This document shows positions 19,998-29,584 of a stretch of DNA of 64,000 nt, piece after piece. The notes beneath the pieces were generated by a model. The model was not told the origin of the DNA and made no database searches. It saw only the letters and a program-made list of their open reading frames with translations. A program made the position numbers and the translations under genes. The stretch covers positions 25,084-89,083 of the forward strand of contig JBAZXC010000002.1 in assembly GCA_041660065.1 (NCBI GenBank), read 5' to 3'. Position 1 is the first letter of the stretch; each line of letters begins with the position of its first letter. The stretch comes from Parcubacteria group bacterium (GTDB taxonomy: Bacteria > Patescibacteriota > Minisyncoccia > Moranbacterales > GCA-2747515).

Positions 19998-20207
19998 TTA
20001 TATTTCAAAATAATTAATCCGAACATACTCACCAAAGACAGCCACCCGATGAACAAGATACTTACAATTTTTATCTCGCGCATTATCACTATACACAAAA
20101 AGCTCGCTATCAAGCGCAAGATCATTTTTTTGCAACGCCTCGACCGTCCGTCGCGTATGCTCAGGGCGGTTATATACAAACAATACAATTGGCGCTAAAT
20201 TATTCAT
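19998..20207 (-). pseudogene. Truncated duplicate of the 5' end of the GT at 18196-19104, fused to unrelated sequence
   Basis: 20073-20207 matches 18970-19104 over 135 bp with 4 substitutions, then diverges abruptly. Confidence 0.88.
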
Positions 20208-21333
20208 CTTTTTGTGTTAATAAATACAACGCTCTTTGCACAACAAATCTATGAGAATCTATTTTTATATTATGCAACAAAAGCAAATTCCGTTCTACAA
20301 TACTTTTTGTGGGAAAAAATGTTTTTCTTGCTATATTTGTAATTCCCTGAATAAATGTCACTTTCTGTAACATTCCATTCATGGCCTCTTCATAATAACC
20401 GCGATAGTATTTTTCAAAAAGGCACAGTGACGTAGTATCATTCAATCTTTCATATTCCGCACCAAGCAAAGAATTCAAATGATCCATATCATATACTACT
20501 TCATCCTCCTTTACTATACACAACTGACCATTACGTTTCTTGTGAAAGATAATATCAAAATCTTTTAGCCCATCTTTTTCAATGTCTAAAATCACACTGT
20601 AACTATCGTCACTTTTTTTCTCAAAACCATCCACATCAAAATAAAAATTTCCTAGACTGTAAAAGATCATGCTTTCGCCATATTTTTCATATCCCTGAGG
20701 CACGTGTGGATGATGACCGATCACGACATCCGCGCCAATGTCACAAAAACGCCTATATTGCTCACGCCACTCTTTGATAGGAAAATCGATATTCTCCACT
20801 CCTGCATGTGCCAACACAATGACAATGTCAACATTTTTTTTCAATTCTCGCACACAATCCTCCAGAGATCGATGCAATATCCACGCATATCCGCTACGAC
20901 CCCTATCTTCATCCAAACATCCAAATTCATTTTCACATCCAGCGATCAGGCCTATTTTTACACCATTTGTCTCCACTACCTTGGGCTGATACGTCTGGGC
21001 AAAATCCCTACCACATCCAACATATTGTAACCCATGATCTTCCAACATTGACATTGTATGTGCCATGGCAATATCACCATAATCATAAATATGATTGTTT
21101 GCCAATGATACATAATCAAATCCATACTTTCGCAACTGCGGGATCATCTCTGGTGCTTGCACAAGATGCGGACCCGCTTTTTTTATGGGATGTGCTCCAT
21201 CAGTTTTTATCGACGCCTCAAAATTACAGATTGCAATATCCGCATTTTCTACAACTTTTCGTATGTTATCATCCAAGAAATCTTTTGCATCAGTACTGAC
21301 GATATCCCCACATGCAAATATTTTTACACCCAC
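20200..21333 (-). CDS. CapA family (metallophosphatase fold) protein
   Basis: GD, CNFE, SLANNHIYDYG, HAGVE, GADVVIGHHPHVPQG, YSLGNF. Confidence 0.9.
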   Translation of the reverse strand: MGVKIFACGDIVSTDAKDFLDDNIRKVVENADIAICNFEASIKTDGAHPIKKAGPHLVQAPEMIPQLRKYGFDYVSLANNHIYDYGDIAMAHTMSMLEDHGLQYVGCGRDFAQTYQPKVVETNGVKIGLIAGCENEFGCLDEDRGRSGYAWILHRSLEDCVRELKKNVDIVIVLAHAGVENIDFPIKEWREQYRRFCDIGADVVIGHHPHVPQGYEKYGESMIFYSLGNFYFDVDGFEKKSDDSYSVILDIEKDGLKDFDIIFHKKRNGQLCIVKEDEVVYDMDHLNSLLGAEYERLNDTTSLCLFEKYYRGYYEEAMNGMLQKVTFIQGITNIARKTFFPTKSIVERNLLLLHNIKIDSHRFVVQRALYLLTQKDE

Positions 21334-21352
21334 AGTTTTTGTTACTTAACAA

Positions 21353-22942
21353 TTACGTATATGATTGCGTATCTTTTATGCCTTTTTCAATCGCTTTTAC
21401 CACACAATAATCATACAATGCTCGTAAAAATTTGTTTTTTACTCCACACAATTGTAGCACGCCACGAATTTTTGGAACATGCAATAACTTATTCTGTAAA
21501 GACTGGTACAAATTCGTATTATCTAGTAATTTATTAATTTGCACAAGTCTGTTCTCATCTATGTATTTTTTCATTTTATCTGCATCAATTGGTTCAAATC
21601 GTGTCTTTCTTGCTACTTCATAATTCAAATCATTGTTTTTATCAGATTTTAAATCCATTTCTTCGAGATTGAGTCCAAAGCGCGCAAAAAAATCTTTTTC
21701 CCACACTCTATTTTTTCTCCGTTCATCAGATATATTCAAAGTTGCCTTTACGATATCAAAATTCAGGAATGGTGTCCAAACGGGCATGCCGAAATATTCA
21801 GGTATTTGTGTAAGATATGAGAGAAGAATCAACTTCACGCGCATTGCAAGAATTGATTTTATCTTATCATTTTTTAAATATTCACAATTCCTTTTATAAT
21901 ATTCTTTTTTCAATTTTTCATTACTCTGCAAATTCAGATATTTCAGATCCAAACTCATTCCATGCGCATACCCCAAATTAATAATATCGTGATAATTTTC
22001 TATTTCATCGAATTTACCTAATTCTGCCCACGCATCACCAATAATACCACTCAAAAAAGAAGACCCCGAGAAATCATGTCCTTTGGAAATATTTTTATAA
22101 AATTCTATATGATACATCCCATGAAGATGTGTGCTAAAGCCATATATTTTATACCATTTATCGATATATTTATGATACTCTTTTAATTCTATTTGCTCCC
22201 ATTTCGTATTGTAGATCTCTGATATTTTTTTTGCATGCGCCACTTCATGACTTTGGCTCTGATCTTCACTAACGCCATAAGTAAAACTTCGTATCCTTTT
22301 TTTATCTTTAACGAGATGATTTAACATACGACTATCATACCCGCCAGAAGTTGGGATAACTATATCGCCAACAGTTACAGATTCAACATCGGTTATATAT
22401 TTTTGCATGAGATCTATCACATCATTTTCATCTGACACATCTGCCAAAAAACTATCATCCAGAACAGGATCTTCTTTATATTCTATTTCTGCATGATCAG
22501 ATATGGTCAACGTGGAATAATATCTCATGAATTTTACATCTGCAAAGATCGTTTGTTCAAAAACACTATATCCAAATTCACAAAAATTCGACAATCCCTC
22601 TTCATGAATTTTTTTATCTCTTAAACAAAAATTAGATAATGTGGAAACGATATTTTCTTTTTGGTTGTAAAATACCGGGATAGACCCCAACCAATCATTT
22701 TCAACGATAATATTATCGCCTTCAAAACTGATCAGAATATTTCTATCCAAAAGACCATCGTTTAAGGGAAATGACAAAGAATATTTGCCATTGATCTTAT
22801 GTAGCTCAATATCTCCAATACCCCACAAATAGATATTATGATGACCATGTTTAACTACAATAGTTTTTATGCCAACATCAAAAAAATCAACTTCAGGTGA
22901 TCTATTTTCTTTTGTAATGAGAAATCCTATTATTTTATTCAT
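21353..22942 (-). CDS. Asparagine synthase-related ATP pyrophosphatase
   Basis: D.LG..PVFY, PP-loop SGGYDSR, SFTYG, TPFL; no N-terminal catalytic Cys. Confidence 0.75.
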   Translation of the reverse strand: MNKIIGFLITKENRSPEVDFFDVGIKTIVVKHGHHNIYLWGIGDIELHKINGKYSLSFPLNDGLLDRNILISFEGDNIIVENDWLGSIPVFYNQKENIVSTLSNFCLRDKKIHEEGLSNFCEFGYSVFEQTIFADVKFMRYYSTLTISDHAEIEYKEDPVLDDSFLADVSDENDVIDLMQKYITDVESVTVGDIVIPTSGGYDSRMLNHLVKDKKRIRSFTYGVSEDQSQSHEVAHAKKISEIYNTKWEQIELKEYHKYIDKWYKIYGFSTHLHGMYHIEFYKNISKGHDFSGSSFLSGIIGDAWAELGKFDEIENYHDIINLGYAHGMSLDLKYLNLQSNEKLKKEYYKRNCEYLKNDKIKSILAMRVKLILLSYLTQIPEYFGMPVWTPFLNFDIVKATLNISDERRKNRVWEKDFFARFGLNLEEMDLKSDKNNDLNYEVARKTRFEPIDADKMKKYIDENRLVQINKLLDNTNLYQSLQNKLLHVPKIRGVLQLCGVKNKFLRALYDYCVVKAIEKGIKDTQSYT

Positions 22943-23594
22943 TATAAAGATCAACTAATAAAGATGTGTAGGAAATATTATTCTCTGTAAATTGTTTCCT
23001 TAAATGCCTTGGAACGCTCTGAATCATTTTTTCATATTCTTCATCATTATCTGTAAATCTACCTTTATAATTTTTTGAACATCGCGAGATATATCCATTT
23101 TCAAAATTAAGATCTGATGTATGAAAAACGCCATCTTTATCAAAATATTCAAGCCCTTTTATCTTGTAGCCACATCTCTCTGCAATTTGTTCAAGATCAT
23201 CAATGCTGTAATGATATTTATGATCATCTGCACCAGGCTCAGTGCCATTTTTTCCAGTCAACTCACGCACATATATTGATGGGTGATATGCATCTGGCAC
23301 GGCTATTCTAATTACACCATTTTTACTTAAATACTTTTTTGCAATTGAAAGAAAAAACAGAAAATCATCATATACCAAATGCTCTATCACATGCTCCAAC
23401 AATATCTTGTCAATTTTTTTATCACCAAAAATAAAAGCAAAATCACGCTCTTGCGTAATATCAAGCTCATCAATATCTGTAGCGACCCACCCATCAAATT
23501 CAGTAAAGTTTGCCCCAGCAATCAATTTGATCGACGGGTTTTTTTGAATCATATATTTTAATATATTTTTTTTTATTTTATTCACAAATTGCAT
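22935..23594 (-). CDS. Putative SAM-dependent methyltransferase
   Basis: GA...DGWVATD, EHVIEHL, G.IRIAVPD. Confidence 0.75.
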   Translation of the reverse strand: MQFVNKIKKNILKYMIQKNPSIKLIAGANFTEFDGWVATDIDELDITQERDFAFIFGDKKIDKILLEHVIEHLVYDDFLFFLSIAKKYLSKNGVIRIAVPDAYHPSIYVRELTGKNGTEPGADDHKYHYSIDDLEQIAERCGYKIKGLEYFDKDGVFHTSDLNFENGYISRCSKNYKGRFTDNDEEYEKMIQSVPRHLRKQFTENNISYTSLLVDLYNE

Positions 23595-24372
23595 ATAGAT
23601 CCTCTTGTCCTAAATTATTAATATCATCATGCATCACTTCCGTTGCATCTAATTTATAGGTTTTGTATCTGTTTTTTGTGAGATAATCTATTACTTCACT
23701 TTTACTTTTTCCTTGCTTGTCTAATAATATTGGAGAATGTTCAAAAATAATCATTTTAATAGCATTAGATTGCAATTTCTTGCATGATCCTTGTAAAACA
23801 TCATACTCCAATCCTTCCACATCAATTTTTAAAACATCTATTTCTTGAATCCCCTTTTCTTCACAAAATTGATCTAGCGTTATTGTTTTAACTTGCACGG
23901 ATTTTTTAGCTTTCGCAATATGATTTTGATCAAGAGAATGATGCCCATACGAATCAAAAAGGTGAAATGTCGCTACGCCATTTTCATTTGAGACAGCTTG
24001 CTGAACTAACTCAACATTGCTAATATTATTCACCTCAATATTTTCATTAAATCTTTTTATGTTGTCCAAATCAGGTTCAAACGAGTAGACCTTCTCACAA
24101 TGTCGTGCCATCCACATAGTTGTAATCCCGATATTTGCTCCAATATCTATTCCAATTTTTGATTTTTTGATTTTTTTATCCAATGCAATCATCATCGGAA
24201 CAGCATCACAAGAGTTTTTTGTTGAAAAAATATATGCAAAATTATCTTTGAAATTTCTTTTTGCAAGTATCCCCATTCGATCTTTATGATAAAATTCTAC
24301 ATCATATTTTTTAAGTATATGCGAAAATATTTTGAATTCATATTTTTCAATTAGTTTCATTATTCTATTCAT
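23578..24372 (-). CDS. FkbM family methyltransferase
   Basis: IDIGANIG, VYSFEP, VLKIDVEGLE.DVLQG. Confidence 0.92.
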   Translation of the reverse strand: MNRIMKLIEKYEFKIFSHILKKYDVEFYHKDRMGILAKRNFKDNFAYIFSTKNSCDAVPMMIALDKKIKKSKIGIDIGANIGITTMWMARHCEKVYSFEPDLDNIKRFNENIEVNNISNVELVQQAVSNENGVATFHLFDSYGHHSLDQNHIAKAKKSVQVKTITLDQFCEEKGIQEIDVLKIDVEGLEYDVLQGSCKKLQSNAIKMIIFEHSPILLDKQGKSKSEVIDYLTKNRYKTYKLDATEVMHDDINNLGQEDLYAICE

Positions 24373-24378
24373 ATTTTT

Positions 24379-25736
24379 TTAATTTTTTAGATATCTTCTT
24401 TTACTTAAAGCATACCCCCTTCTAAAAAGACTTGCAAAAAATAAGCTTTTTGATTGTGTGTAGAAATTAATCCTCGTTTTATTATAAATAACTAGTGAGA
24501 TATATCCTGCAAATGCGTATGAAATTAGAGTTGCCCACGCCGCACCCTCTATTCCCATTTTTGGAATTAAAATATAATTCATAAATATATTTATGACTGC
24601 ACCACTTGCAGTATTAATAAAAGAAAATATTTGCAGATTTTCCGTCACAAGCCACTTTCCACTTGCAACTCCCAAAACACAAAAACACCAGCCCAAATGT
24701 ATATTGTAAGCACACCTGCAGCTTGTGCATACTCTGCGCCATAGAGAAAATTGATGATCCAGCCACTCAAAAACGTCATTGGAATGGCAATGGCAATCGC
24801 CATCCATACCATCATATCATATAATTTTTGCAATCGTGCATAATATTCCTCTTCATTTCTCTTTTTTGTCACGATAATCGCGGGAAAGACCGAAGCGGTT
24901 ATGATTGTGGGGATAAAATACCACATTTCACTCAAATTGACCGCCACAGAATAGCTCCCGAGTGCCTCATAGCCCATCATATTACCAATCATCACCTGAT
25001 CGATACGCATATAGATCATCACAGAAATCGCAGATAATATGAGTGGCCATGAATCTTTCAACAAATCCCTCGCCACACCACGGTCAAACACCCACTTGCT
25101 GACATGTTTCTTGTTCTTATAATATGCAAAAGCAAAACCAATCGCCACAAAGATCGATTCCAATAACCCGACACTCGCAAACCATACAAGTGACGCACCC
25201 GTCGAAACTAAGCAGATCTTGATCGCTGCACTGATCAAAACCGCGGCGCTGCGTGAATATACAACGTATTTTGACACAACCTGCGATTGAAACCAGAGAT
25301 CGATCACATCCGCCGCTTGAAATACCAGGGTAAACGATACTGTTGCAGTTATGATCGTAATGAGGATATCCCCTTTCAACACATGCGCAGTGACGACAGC
25401 GAGCACGACCGCGAGCATGCCACCCCATAATTTGAGATAAAAAACTGTCCCGAGGAGTTTTTCTTTTTTGATCTTGCCCTCTACCAATTCCCTCACTGCA
25501 ATTGCGTCAAGACCCAACTTGGAAAAAACGCTAAAAAAACCTACAAGTGCTCCGGCATAACTCAAGACACCATATTTTTCCGGTCCCAAATAACGGATGA
25601 CCCACACGCCCACAAAAAAAGCCACTGCCATACGAATTGCCGTATCCAGAAAAAGCCAGTTCGCATTAGTGATGATCTTTCGGAGTTCGTGATGTGCGCG
25701 ATACTCGTGCCATTTTTTTTGCAAAAAATTTTTCAT
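24379..25736 (-). pseudogene. Wzx-type polysaccharide flippase with a 1-nt frameshift near 24675
   Basis: N.WLF.D, RYLGPE.YG, MIYMRIDQVM motifs; C-terminal LGVASGKW...LIP..GIEGAAWAT continues in another frame; a real pseudogene or an assembly error. Confidence 0.8.
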
Positions 25737-25740
25737 GTAA

Positions 25741-26517
25741 TTATATCTTATATACATCATTTTTTTTAGCCATTCTCTTTTCGTGCATTTTATCAAAATA
25801 TAGGAGTGCAGCGATCAATAAAGTGCTTTTACAATATTTTTTGTATAAAATTTCATGCTCATTATTATGTCTTGTCAGAGTTGTTTGTGAATCTTCTCTC
25901 ATATGAAAATTACATATAATTGTATCAATAAAACGAGAACGAACTTTATTTTTTGCTAAACGCAACCACATATCATAATCCATATTGCTACGCAAATTCT
26001 CATCAAATGTGCCGTAAACATCAAATACATCTTTTTTCAAAAAAACACTCTGATGCATCACATAATTCATCAGAAGCAAATACCAAAATCGTATTTTGTG
26101 ATGGCTTTTTCCATTCAGTACAACAAGAGAGGTATTATTAATGGTATTGATGACATGTGCCTTTCCATAGATCCAATCAGGACTATCATTCTTCTGGATG
26201 AAATCACTCACATTTTTGAGCACATCATGATCATAAAAACTGTCGTCAGAATGCAAATGATTGATATATTGCCCGGAAGATCTTTCGATCCCCTCATTCA
26301 TTGCATGTGATATGCCTCGCGGTTCAGATTGAAAGACCTTTACTCTGTCTGGATGCTTTTGCCGATATTTCTCTATGATCGCCATTGTGCCGTCAGTAGA
26401 AAACCCATCAATGAAAATATGTTCAAAATCTTCGTATGTCTGCGCTTCCACAGAATCGATATTTTCTTGCAAATATTTTGCACTGTTATATGTGCATGTA
26501 ACAATTGAAAATCTCAT
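25741..26517 (-). CDS. Glycosyltransferase family 2
   Basis: FSIVTCTYN, IDGFSTDGT, GISHAMNEG, LHSDD, DYDMWLR. Confidence 0.93.
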   Translation of the reverse strand: MRFSIVTCTYNSAKYLQENIDSVEAQTYEDFEHIFIDGFSTDGTMAIIEKYRQKHPDRVKVFQSEPRGISHAMNEGIERSSGQYINHLHSDDSFYDHDVLKNVSDFIQKNDSPDWIYGKAHVINTINNTSLVVLNGKSHHKIRFWYLLLMNYVMHQSVFLKKDVFDVYGTFDENLRSNMDYDMWLRLAKNKVRSRFIDTIICNFHMREDSQTTLTRHNNEHEILYKKYCKSTLLIAALLYFDKMHEKRMAKKNDVYKI

Positions 26518-26576
26518 AATTATACTTTATGAACGGATATCCTATTCAACAACGATTTAAATATTTTACTAAAAAC

Positions 26577-27356
26577 CTACACTTTATACAAAGAAATTTT
26601 GTATAATAAAAATTTATACAATGTAGTAAAAAGTATAAGAAATTTTCTCACAAACCGATTTTTGACATACCTCTCGTAGAGAATCACATTTTCTGTATTT
26701 GCTCTCCCAATGGTGCTTTGCGCATCTTCTCTGATCGAAAAATTGCAAATAATCTCATTGATGAATTTTGCATGAACATTCTTTTGCGTCAATTTCAACC
26801 ACAGATCGAGATCCATATAATTCTTGAGCGTTTCGTCAAAATATCCGTACTTTTCAAAGATTTGCTTTTTGATAAAAACGCTTTGATGTGGGATGTAGTT
26901 GCTCACCAACAAAAGCAACCAAAATCGCGATTTATCATAAAAATATCTTCGCGGCGGTATGATCGTTGTTTTTTTATTTGCAACATTTACTACTCTCGCT
27001 TTGCCATAGAGCCACAAAGGTTCATGATTTTTTTTGATGAAGTCATCTACTTTGCGCAATACGTGATCGTCATAAAAGCTATCATCAGAATGGAGATGGA
27101 TCAGGTATTCTCCCGCAGACCGCTTGATCCCCTCATTCATTGCATGTGATATGCCTCGCGGTTCAGATTGAAAGACTTTGACTCTATCCGGATGTTTTTG
27201 CTGATATGTCTCTATGATCGCCATTGTGCCATCAGTGGAAAATCCATCGATAAAGATGTGTTCAAAATCTTCGTATGTCTGCGCTTCCACAGAATCGATA
27301 TTTTCTTGCAAATATTTTGCACTGTTATATGTACATGTAATGACTGAAAATTTCAT
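26577..27356 (-). CDS. Glycosyltransferase family 2 (tandem paralog)
   Basis: Same motifs; first ~95 aa nearly identical to the neighbouring GT2. Confidence 0.93.
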   Translation of the reverse strand: MKFSVITCTYNSAKYLQENIDSVEAQTYEDFEHIFIDGFSTDGTMAIIETYQQKHPDRVKVFQSEPRGISHAMNEGIKRSAGEYLIHLHSDDSFYDDHVLRKVDDFIKKNHEPLWLYGKARVVNVANKKTTIIPPRRYFYDKSRFWLLLLVSNYIPHQSVFIKKQIFEKYGYFDETLKNYMDLDLWLKLTQKNVHAKFINEIICNFSIREDAQSTIGRANTENVILYERYVKNRFVRKFLILFTTLYKFLLYKISLYKV

Positions 27357-27391
27357 AAATCAAAAAATATCTTTTAATAATCTCCTATAAC

Positions 27392-28411
27392 TCATTTCTT
27401 CGACGCAAAAAATCCCACACCGAAATTCTTAAACCATGTAGAAAAATCTTGCGCAACTCGTCTACGCTGGATATATCGCCTTTTTCTGCAAAGGGCCCGC
27501 ATATTTTTTATCACATCCCAAAACCCGCGAAGGGTCACACATGCGAGATCGACAGCACTAACATTTTTTTGAAATCGTTTCACGACGCCTGTGCCTCGCA
27601 TTGACAGCGTAAGCAGATATGGATACCTGATCACAGAAAGAAAAATCGCTTTCCAAAAAAAACATCCCGGATAATTTTTGATGATATTGTAAAAAAGATT
27701 TCTATTGGTATGAAACGCGATGAATTTGGAATACCCTCCGGATGTCGCATTTTTGTGATGATAAACAATTGATCGCGGATTATATTGACATTTCCACCCT
27801 CGCAATCGTGCACGCCAGCCCATGTCGAGATCTTCGAGATAATACGCATACTCCTCATCAAAGAACATCCCTTCCTGCTTGATGTCATTGAGCAGTCGTG
27901 TGCTAAAAAGCGCTGCCGCGCCCGCAGGACAGAACACCTCACATGCGTCATTTGCTTCGCTGGATGTTTTATCCATGAGCCGATTGATCGCCATCCCATC
28001 GGGCGTAATGACCAATCCGGCAGAATCGATCACGCTTTTATTTGCATACATCAAGATCTTTGGCGCGACCATCTCCACATGATCTTTTTTATCAACACGT
28101 GCGACCAGCTCAGTGATAAATGCCGGATCAACCTCCGTGTCATTGTTAAGCAAGATGATATTTTGCGCGCCATGGTCGATCGCTGTTTGGATGCCGACAT
28201 TGTTTGCCTTGCAAAAACCGGCATTATATCCCATGTCGATCACAAGCACCTCGGGAAATGCGTTTTGCACCATTGCGATCGAACCGTCAGCAGATCCGTT
28301 GTCCACAACAAAAACCGCGTGCTCGCACGGCTGTGCGTTGCGCAATGACAGCAGACACTGTGCCAAAAGCTCCTTTCTATTATAGTTGACGATGACAATT
28401 GCGTTTTTCAT
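27392..28411 (-). CDS. Glycosyltransferase family 2 (rhamnosyltransferase-like)
   Basis: IVIVNYN, VVDNGSADG, N.GF..ANN.G, LLNND, YLEDLD; start set at MKNAIV. Confidence 0.9.
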   Translation of the reverse strand: MKNAIVIVNYNRKELLAQCLLSLRNAQPCEHAVFVVDNGSADGSIAMVQNAFPEVLVIDMGYNAGFCKANNVGIQTAIDHGAQNIILLNNDTEVDPAFITELVARVDKKDHVEMVAPKILMYANKSVIDSAGLVITPDGMAINRLMDKTSSEANDACEVFCPAGAAALFSTRLLNDIKQEGMFFDEEYAYYLEDLDMGWRARLRGWKCQYNPRSIVYHHKNATSGGYSKFIAFHTNRNLFYNIIKNYPGCFFWKAIFLSVIRYPYLLTLSMRGTGVVKRFQKNVSAVDLACVTLRGFWDVIKNMRALCRKRRYIQRRRVAQDFSTWFKNFGVGFFASKK

Positions 28412-29577
28412 GTGATAAATTTTTCTTGTGTAAAAAATGTGGTGATCTTTTTTTGCATTACCTGCAATGTATATTGTTCCGCCTCTTTGACCGCGCCACC
28501 CGACAGCGCTGTCAATTGCTCCTGAGAATCCGCACTGCACAAGACATCGCGCACTTTTTGATAGAGATCATCTTCATCTGCACACACATATCCGTTGACC
28601 CCGTTTTTGACAAGTTCCGCGGACGCATTGTCCGGATATGCGATCACAAAAACCGGTAAACCGCAGGTATTTGCTTCAGCGACTGTGATGCCAAATCCCT
28701 CGCGCTCCGATGGCTGAATCATCACTTTGGACGATTTGATCCGTGTGATGAGCGTAGCATAATCCTCGACAAAGTCCTCGAGATCGATATGATCTTCCAG
28801 TTTTTTCGTTTTGATCATATCACTGATGCGTTCTTTATCCGGTCCATTTCCGATGATGAGTGCGCGTACAGAGATATGCTGTGAAACAAATTGTTCCACA
28901 ATATGCACGATATGCTCGACGCGCTTGTGTGCGATGATCCGTCCGTAGTAGATCATATCATATTTTTTTTCTTGTGCGGGCACACTGTTTATCGCCTCAG
29001 CATCGATATATGCCGGCGGGAGGATCGCAATGTCTTTTTTGCCATCGGGAAATGCATGTGCGATCTTCTCTTTTGTGAAGTGTGAGATCGCGAGGATGTG
29101 ATCACATGCGCCATAACTCATCCGCTCCAAAAACACACCCATCCACCAATGATACGGATAATATTTTTGCCAATACCCTTTTCCCCAATATTCCGCCCAA
29201 CTCCCTATGATAATGGGTTTTTTTGTTTTGAAAAATAGTGCTAGACGCGCAAAGAGCAATGGAAAATACGGGAAGACATTGATCAAAAGGATGTCCTCAC
29301 GAGAGCGCAAAACCCAAAAGAATGTCTTGATACCGAGCCACAAGCTCGACAGCGTGTTTCTTTTGCCGTTTTTTTTGTAAATCGCCAATCGCGGACAAAT
29401 ACCCGCATATGTGACACCGTCCTTGATCATTGTCGAAGCGCCATCCCATTGCTTCATCGTGACGACCTTTACTGCATTGTGCTGTGACAACATCGTCGCG
29501 TAATCATAGATCATTTTTTCCTGCCCGCCAAAAAAATACGGATACACACTTTCTGTGATGAACGCGATCTTTTTCAT
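28408..29577 (-). CDS. Glycosyltransferase family 4
   Basis: YPY..GGQE, YGRIIAHK, PSEREGFGI..AEA. Confidence 0.92.
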   Translation of the reverse strand: MKKIAFITESVYPYFFGGQEKMIYDYATMLSQHNAVKVVTMKQWDGASTMIKDGVTYAGICPRLAIYKKNGKRNTLSSLWLGIKTFFWVLRSREDILLINVFPYFPLLFARLALFFKTKKPIIIGSWAEYWGKGYWQKYYPYHWWMGVFLERMSYGACDHILAISHFTKEKIAHAFPDGKKDIAILPPAYIDAEAINSVPAQEKKYDMIYYGRIIAHKRVEHIVHIVEQFVSQHISVRALIIGNGPDKERISDMIKTKKLEDHIDLEDFVEDYATLITRIKSSKVMIQPSEREGFGITVAEANTCGLPVFVIAYPDNASAELVKNGVNGYVCADEDDLYQKVRDVLCSADSQEQLTALSGGAVKEAEQYTLQVMQKKITTFFTQEKFIT

Positions 29578-29584
29578 AGTAAAA

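Noticed and set aside
18970-20207. DGR template/variable repeat pair (135-bp repeats, with an Avd-like fold gene in the window)
   Set aside because: The four mismatches are not confined to adenines of either copy on either strand, the repeat lies at a gene 5' end, and no reverse transcriptase is present.
20200-21333. Poly-gamma-glutamate capsule synthesis
   Set aside because: capB/capC are absent; the CapA domain alone does not indicate the pathway.
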